Shown here: piece by piece, positions 39,901 to 45,977 of the stretch
Layout: every line of letters begins with the position of its first letter
Position numbering within the stretch: the stretch's first letter is position 1
Source of the DNA: Ostreococcus lucimarinus
Taxonomy: Eukaryota
Length of the DNA stretch: 64,000 bases
Assembly: GCA_000092065.1 (NCBI GenBank)
Contig: CP000586.1
Strand: one strand, 5' to 3'
The notes under the pieces: model-generated
The model's input: only the letters and a program-made list of their open reading frames with translations
What the model was told of the DNA's origin: nothing
The model's database searches: none
Made by a program: the position numbers and the translations under genes

Positions 39901-41905
39901 GTGATCTTACCCAATGAATCGATCCACTTACGGTTGGTTGGTCGCGATTGAGCGGTGGTGAGCGGCGGTGACTGTTGAAGATGTGCCGGGTCGAATCGAT
40001 CTCGCGAGAAAATTGCTCAAGGACGTCTTGCATCTTGCCAAGAATTTGACTGTTTAGTGTCATACGCGTCGATCCAGACAGTACTTCGTCGTCGTCCGCG
40101 TGCATTGTACTTTTCAGCTCTTGAACGAGCGCGAACGCTCCCGCACTACTGCGCAACCTCTTGAAGCATGCGTCGATGAAGTTACACAGCGCGCGTTCGA
40201 TGCGCGTCTTTTCCATCACGAAAGACTTGTGCATCGCCTTCCAACTCGCTGCGTTCGCCGAGTCGAAGATGTCTAGCTGCGACATTTCAATTGTAAGGCA
40301 AAGCGCATCCACTCGCGCAGAGATTTCGTCCACGCCGTCGGCATCGAGAGTCACTGCTTTGAGACGCGGACTGAGAAACGTGCGGAAATCACTCACTACG
40401 ATAACCATTTCGCTGAATTCCGCACAAACGTCCGCAACGTAATCCGACTTCATGAACAAGCGTTCGCGATCAAACTCCCACCTTGAATCCCTATTTGAAC
40501 GTTCGATTTCTTCTCGCGCGTTCAAATATTCGCTCTTCCAAGATTCCATAATCGACTTTGAGAGTTGTACGTCGCGCAACGTGGCGTGCGCCCCAAGTCC
40601 GCTCGACGCTTGGGCAAACAGTTCCTGGTAGTTTACCGATTCGCGAACACGATGAATGAGCGCATCTGACAGGCGTTCTAATAGGGAACCCATTCGAGAG
40701 TCGTCACTGTAGTGGTGCGAAATTACCCAAACCATTCGAAGTGCGCGAAGCGTCGGCGCGATGGCGCGGAGCACGTCCGGCAACAGCGCCTCACTCAACA
40801 CTTTGAAATGACTCTCGAGCGTGGACAAAAACTTGATGTTGTCAGCACTCACGCTGTGTAAGTGTGTGATTTCTCCCAAGAGCGTTTTAAACGCCGACGC
40901 GACGTTGCGCACGCGAGACGAAAATTCATCGACAGAAGCAGTGTGCTTCGCCGCAAATCGTTCCAGCACGTCCAACACAATGTCCATGCTCGGATCGGAG
41001 AGCTGCGTCACCAAACCTGACAAGTCGTTATGTCGCGCGCGCCACAGACGAATCTCCACTAGCGGTCCTTCGTTTGCCCCTGCACATTCTTCCGTGATCA
41101 CGCTTTCGCTTTCGTTCCTCGTCTTCGCCGCCGACATCACCGCGCACCACTCAACCGCCGCAGCTTCGAGCTGACGCACGAAAGCCTCGTCTTCACACGC
41201 CTTGGCGGGATCGATGTCGCAGAGTGCACGACCCGACGCCCCGCCCGCCTTGACGACGCTTTTCAGTGACGCCTCTGGACTCTGAACTGGGGCGTTTACG
41301 CCTTGAATCCCATCCAAAAACTCCCGCACATGCTTCGCAAAGGATTGACTCTCCGTCGACGCACTCGACTCGAACGCGGATACGAATGAGCACTGTAAAG
41401 TCGCGTGAAGCTCGTCCATCGACGCCCCGTGCGGAAGGAAGCCGTACATCGCACTCCGCAAATCATCGAGTCCGATCGAATTTTCGTCGTTCACGCAGTC
41501 CGGACGCACGATGAACAACACAGGCTGTTTTGGATCGCACTCGCCGTCCGCGACGAGCTCGAGCCGAGGTCGCCGAGGCGAGTCTTCCCGCGCGCCTCCA
41601 TCACTCTTGACGACGCCGGCGTTCGTCGAGTCCGCGAGCGCGTGCGAAGTGATGGAGGACAACGTGAGTCCATTCATCGTCTTCGCCCTCGCTTTCACCG
41701 TCGAAGTCGCGCGAAGCCGCAGCACGAGCACGTCCTCGCGTCCGCAATCGAGAAAGTCCAAGGTCTTTGCGCGCGAACCGTCACCGAACCCCACGACGTG
41801 TTCGTCGATGTCGGCGTCGACGCACGACGATGCGAGACGAAGTATAAAGGCGACGCGCGCATCTGGTTCCTCGGCGCCATCCTCGCCGTCGTCTGCGCAC
41901 GTCAT
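27965..41905 (-). CDS. Dynein heavy chain, axonemal type (inner-arm I1/f-like size class); single ~14-kb exon, 4,646 aa.
   Basis: AAA1 P-loop '[33 protein letters not shown]...[12 protein letters not shown]' (axonemal signature, not the cytoplasmic 'TESVKAL'). Further P-loops 'GETGGGKS' and 'GVGGSGKQS'. Stalk coiled coils and a canonical C-terminal domain are present. The track M1 (41938) is TTG; the first ATG is at 41905. Confidence 0.9.
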   Translation of the reverse strand: [4646 protein letters not shown]

Positions 41906-42028
41906 TCCGCGTCGAAGAATGCGCGACGACGCACGCAAAGACCTTGGACTTTGCTTTGACTGAGAAAAAAGACGATTCGGCTAAAAATAAAACACGCACT
42001 GCATTCAGCGACGTGCGGCGCGCGGAAG
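41906..42028. promoter_or_regulatory. Putative bidirectional promoter shared by the dynein heavy chain and the RIIa-like gene.
   Basis: ~120 bp between divergent ATGs. Inferred from arrangement only. Confidence 0.3.
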
Positions 42029-42631
42029 ATGATTGAAGAATTGGAAGCGTACGCGAAGGAGAGCAAAGTGGATGATTTATTCCGGGATATGATGACTGGG
42101 TGTTTCAAGAAACGACCGAGCGCGCCGGTGACGTACATCTTGGAGTACCTCGCGAGCGAGTACCCAGAGGAGAGTTTGACGCACGCGCGCGCGTTCGTAG
42201 ACTTGAAGGATGGGATCACGAGCGCGAACGTGGCGGTGGACGAAGACGAAGACGGCGCGCACGATGTTGTCGTTGAAGATATCGATGAAAAACATGAGAT
42301 CGTCGAGGCGCCGCTGACGTCACCCAAGGACGTCCCCGCGAAGGCGACCGACGTCGTCGCGGAGGCGATCGAGGACGTGGCCGTTGAGGGCGAGATATTA
42401 CCGGACGAAGCACAACATCTCATGGCGCCAGAGGAGGGCGCACACGTCGACGTCGTCGTCGATAAGCCCGATGAGCGCGTCGAGGAGTGCGAAAGTGTCG
42501 CCGAAGAGCCCGTCGACGCGGACGCAGGTGAGGAAGAGCAAAAAGAAGAACCACCCGTCGTGACGCCCGCGAGTGAGGAAGCTGTCGAATCGATTACGAA
42601 TGCGGAGAACGTGGAGGATGCACCAAACTAA
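42029..42631 (+). CDS. RIIa/DPY-30-like dimerization-docking domain protein with a long acidic tail.
   Basis: N-terminus 'VDDLFRDMMTGCFKKRPSAPVTYILEYLASEYPE' follows the RIIa pattern (hydrophobic spacing ...F..E.L..QP.D...FA..YF..L). The remainder is Asp/Glu/Val-rich. Confidence 0.45.
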   Translation: MIEELEAYAKESKVDDLFRDMMTGCFKKRPSAPVTYILEYLASEYPEESLTHARAFVDLKDGITSANVAVDEDEDGAHDVVVEDIDEKHEIVEAPLTSPKDVPAKATDVVAEAIEDVAVEGEILPDEAQHLMAPEEGAHVDVVVDKPDERVEECESVAEEPVDADAGEEEQKEEPPVVTPASEEAVESITNAENVEDAPN

Positions 42632-43989
42632 ACTAAAGCGCTAATGCTATCTAAAACGCGTTTCACCGCGCGTTTGTCGCTCAAGACCGTCAACGCGGGT
42701 CTGTACCGTTTTAATAAGTTCAACTCGTCCTTGCTCAAGTCGCCGATTTCCTCGCCCCCGGCTCGATGTTCATCGCGATCAAACTCACTCAAAATTCGTC
42801 GAGCGACTGCGTCGCGATCGTCGTCGACGTTGATCCATGCGTAGCGCGATTCGCCGCGAAACCACGTGAATTGACGTTTCGCGTACGCGCGATTGAGCAT
42901 CTGAATCTCATTCACCAGCTCCAATAACGACGCGTCGTCGACTTTGATCTCCTTCGCCCGAGCCTTTGCCAAGTACTCCATCGCCTGCCGGTAACCGATG
43001 GACCGCGCCGGGACGTTTTCTCCCGGCGCGATTCCAGCATTCAATAACCACGCGGCTTCATCCATGATTCCATCTACAAACATACCCTCCACGCGAGCGT
43101 CAATTTTTCGATACAGCTCGACGCGCGGCGAAGATAAAAAGAAACATCTAAAATCAAACCGCGCCTCAGGATTCTCGCGCGCGAACGCCTTGACGCTTTG
43201 CCCGCTCGTGCGCACGATTTCGTACGCTCGCGTCAATCGATACCAATCGTTTTCGCTCAGCGTCTTCCCCGTCTCCGCATCTCCCGCGCGCGTCAACAAC
43301 TCCACGGCTTCGCGCCACCCCCCCCGCGCTCTCGCCTCGCCCACGGCGCGTTCCGCCGCCTCTCGCGTCTCTGGCGTCGACCCCGGCGCGCTAGGTTTCC
43401 CATCCGTCAACCACTTCAAATACATCCCCGCACCGCCCACGACGACCGCATCGCGCCCTCGTCGATGTATATCGTCGATCACGTTTACGGCTTCGTCGTA
43501 ATACGCGTTCGCGTCGTACTCTCCACTCCCATCTCTCGCGCGCGGATCCAGCGCGCTCAGCATGTGATGCGCGCACGCTTCGAGCTCCCGCGCGCCCACT
43601 TTCCCCGACCCGACGTCTAATCCGCGATATATTTGCACCGAATCGCACGACACGATTTCAACCTCGCGCGCGTCTCGTCGCTCTCGTCGCGCGCGCGCCA
43701 TGGCGATCGCGACCGCGCTCTTCCCGATCGCCGTCGGTCCCGTGACGACGAGCACCTTAGCGCGCCGCGTCGCGCGCGCGATTCCGTCGTCTCCCTCGCG
43801 CCCTGGATCAACGTCGCGCGCGCCGTTCGCGTCGGCATTCGCACTCGCACTCGCATTCGCATTCGCATCGACGCGCGTCGTCGTCGTCGCGCGTCGTCGT
43901 CGTCGCGGCGCCCCGCACGCGGTCCAGCGTTTCGTCGCGCTCGCGCCGATGCGCTCGAGCCACGTCCGCGCGCCGCACGCCGCGCGCAT
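42628..43989 (-). CDS. tRNA dimethylallyl(isopentenyl)transferase (MiaA/TRIT1/IPT family) with an N-terminal presequence.
   Basis: 'VTGPTAIGKSAVAIAMA...EIVSCDSVQIYRGLDVGSGK...HHMLSALDP...VVVGGAGMYLKWL' matches the MiaA/TRIT1 P-loop and DSMQVY motifs. ATG at 43989. Confidence 0.8.
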   Translation of the reverse strand: MRAACGARTWLERIGASATKRWTACGAPRRRRRATTTTRVDANANASASANADANGARDVDPGREGDDGIARATRRAKVLVVTGPTAIGKSAVAIAMARARRERRDAREVEIVSCDSVQIYRGLDVGSGKVGARELEACAHHMLSALDPRARDGSGEYDANAYYDEAVNVIDDIHRRGRDAVVVGGAGMYLKWLTDGKPSAPGSTPETREAAERAVGEARARGGWREAVELLTRAGDAETGKTLSENDWYRLTRAYEIVRTSGQSVKAFARENPEARFDFRCFFLSSPRVELYRKIDARVEGMFVDGIMDEAAWLLNAGIAPGENVPARSIGYRQAMEYLAKARAKEIKVDDASLLELVNEIQMLNRAYAKRQFTWFRGESRYAWINVDDDRDAVARRILSEFDRDEHRAGGEEIGDLSKDELNLLKRYRPALTVLSDKRAVKRVLDSISALV

Positions 43990-44033
43990 CGTTCCACTCG
44001 CCGCCGCGCGCGCGTCAGAGAGTGACGCGCGGC

Positions 44034-45443
44034 ATGGACGTCGACGACGACGACAGCGACGACGACGGCGCGCGAGCGCTCGCGAGCGCGCGTCCGACGC
44101 TGTGTTACCCGGGTCGGCTGACGTCGCGCCGAGAGTCGCGCGCGTTCGCCGACGCCGGCGCGCGCGGCGCGCACAAGGTTGGCGGCGCGCCGGTGGCGCT
44201 GACGGCGGACGGCGACGACGACGGCGACGACGGCGACGACGACGGCGACGCGGCGACGCGGTGGTACGCGCCGCGGTGCGCGTCGTGCGCGCGCGCGATG
44301 ACGCTCGTCGTGCAGACGTACGCGCCGAGAGGAGGTCGCGGACGGGCGCTGTACGCGTACGCGTGCGTCGGCGGCGGCGCGGCGTGTCGAGGAGACGACG
44401 CGTGGGCGTGCGTCAGCGCGACGTCGATCGCGGCGCGCGCGGACGCGAGCGAAGAGCGCGGGCGCGATGGCGAAACCACGACGCGCGACGGCGGTGGCTC
44501 GCGCGCGCGCGCGACGAACGGCGTCGAGACGTACGGGACGGCGGAACGCGCGCCGGCGATGGAGGACGCGTGGGACGATCCGGAATCGAGCGCGTGGTGC
44601 GACGACGGCGCGGACGCGGCGGCGCTGAGCGCGGAATTAGATGCCATGTTGGTGTGCGGGGTAGGGCGCGCGGAAGGACGCGCGGAAGGGCGCGCGGAGG
44701 CCGCGATGACGCCCGGCGACGAGGACGAAGACGATGGCGATGGCGACGACGACGCCGCGAGACAAGAAGACGGTTTTTCTTTGTCACGGATCGTGCGCGA
44801 GGCGTACGACGCGGCGTGCGCGACGCAAATAGTAGAATACCACCTCGTGTCCGAGATTGAGCCGAAAGCGGTCAGCGGGATGACGGTGAAGGAAGCGGCG
44901 CACGCCGAGGCGCTCCTGGCGCGATACGCCGAACGCGAAGGCGTCTCCGTGACGGACGTCGTCGCCATCGATGACGAGGATGGCGAGTGGGCGGGAGAGA
45001 CGTACGAGCGTGGCGAAGCACGACATGCGGATGATGCGTATTTAAAGTTCGCCCGCCGTCTGCAGCGCGCGCCTGATCAGTGCATGCGATACGACGTCGG
45101 CGGCATGAAGTTCATCTGGCCGACGAAGACGCCGCCACCGTCAACTTCGTGCGATCGCTGCGGCACCACGCGCGTGTGCGAGCTTCAACTCACTCCGGCA
45201 CTTTTGCGAGACGTTGAAGATGCGTTGTCGATGCACAAGGGCGATAAATCGCGCCTCGCGAGCGAAGAGGATCTCTTGGGCTGGGATTGGCAAACCGTCT
45301 GCGTGTTCGCGTGTCCAAACGACGCGTGCGTCGTCCCATCCACCGACGTGCATCGGAACGTCTCGTACGCCCTCGAGCGCGTCTTCGTGGCCGAGAGTGA
45401 GGCGCCTGGGGATGCCCTGCTCAAAGCCACTCGCGCGTCCTAA
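44034..45443 (+). CDS. PDCD2/Tsr4-family protein (PDCD2_C domain; no MYND finger).
   Basis: N-terminal 'YPGRLTS...KVGGAPV...RCASCARAMTLVVQTYAP'. C-terminal 'MRYDVGGMKFIWPT...CDRCGTTRVCELQLTPALL...DWQTVCVFACPNDAC' parallels the human PDCD2 'ILRYGRGG..PLWIS...CPCGAKRILEFQVMPQLL...DWGILAVFTCAESC'. ATG at 44034 (the track start is GTG). Confidence 0.7.
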   Translation: MDVDDDDSDDDGARALASARPTLCYPGRLTSRRESRAFADAGARGAHKVGGAPVALTADGDDDGDDGDDDGDAATRWYAPRCASCARAMTLVVQTYAPRGGRGRALYAYACVGGGAACRGDDAWACVSATSIAARADASEERGRDGETTTRDGGGSRARATNGVETYGTAERAPAMEDAWDDPESSAWCDDGADAAALSAELDAMLVCGVGRAEGRAEGRAEAAMTPGDEDEDDGDGDDDAARQEDGFSLSRIVREAYDAACATQIVEYHLVSEIEPKAVSGMTVKEAAHAEALLARYAEREGVSVTDVVAIDDEDGEWAGETYERGEARHADDAYLKFARRLQRAPDQCMRYDVGGMKFIWPTKTPPPSTSCDRCGTTRVCELQLTPALLRDVEDALSMHKGDKSRLASEEDLLGWDWQTVCVFACPNDACVVPSTDVHRNVSYALERVFVAESEAPGDALLKATRAS

Positions 45444-45555
45444 GCGCCGTAGCGTCGATGTTTGATGTCCAGAAAACTAGTAGTAGCGCACCAACTCGAA
45501 ATAACCGCCTCGCCTCACTCGACGACGCACGCGGTCGTCCAGTCGTCGCGCGCGC

Positions 45556-45903
45556 ATGAAGTGGACCGCGAGTAAGGTGTTCCAGTGCGTCACGTTGTTC
45601 CTCCTCGCATCAGCGCTCGAAATAGGCGGGTGCTACGGCTTTTGGCGCGCCGTGCGGTTGGAAAAGAACAAGTTGTGGGCGGCATTCGGCGCGGCCTCGC
45701 TCGTCGCGTACGGAGGCGTGTTTCTTTTAATGCCCATGGATGCGTTCGCTCGCATCATGGCGGCGTACGGTGGAGTGTTTATCGTTTCATCGTACGCGTT
45801 CGGGGCGGCGGTTGAAGGCTTCAAGTTGGACGCCGGCGACTACGTTGGCGCGAGCATCGCGCTAGCGGGCGTCGGCGTGTGTTTGTTCTGGCCGCGGGAG
45901 TAG
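45556..45903 (+). CDS. UPF0060/YnfA-family small membrane protein (bacterial-type 4-TM).
   Basis: 'AAYGGVFIVSSYAFGAAVEGFKLDAGDYVGASIALAGVGVCLFWPR' closely parallels the E. coli YnfA '[47 protein letters not shown]'. Confidence 0.75.
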   Translation: MKWTASKVFQCVTLFLLASALEIGGCYGFWRAVRLEKNKLWAAFGAASLVAYGGVFLLMPMDAFARIMAAYGGVFIVSSYAFGAAVEGFKLDAGDYVGASIALAGVGVCLFWPRE

Positions 45904-45977
45904 AACACAGGATTCTAGAATCAATCTATGTACAAACAATACGTATAGCTAGATACTACTGGTGATCACCCTATCGA

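Noticed and set aside
27965-41938. Possibility that the 14-kb ORF is a polyprotein, a giant repeat protein or an assembly chimera.
   Set aside because: Domain order (tail, linker, AAA1-4 P-loops, stalk, AAA5-6, C-terminal domain) is that of a single canonical dynein heavy chain and reads continuously without frameshift.
43700-44968. Long ORFs 43700-44860 (+) and 44105-44968 (-), Arg/Ala/Asp-rich, overlapping the IPT and PDCD2 genes.
   Set aside because: Antisense or out-of-frame shadows of real genes in >70% GC sequence. Only low-complexity R/A/G/D runs and no domain.
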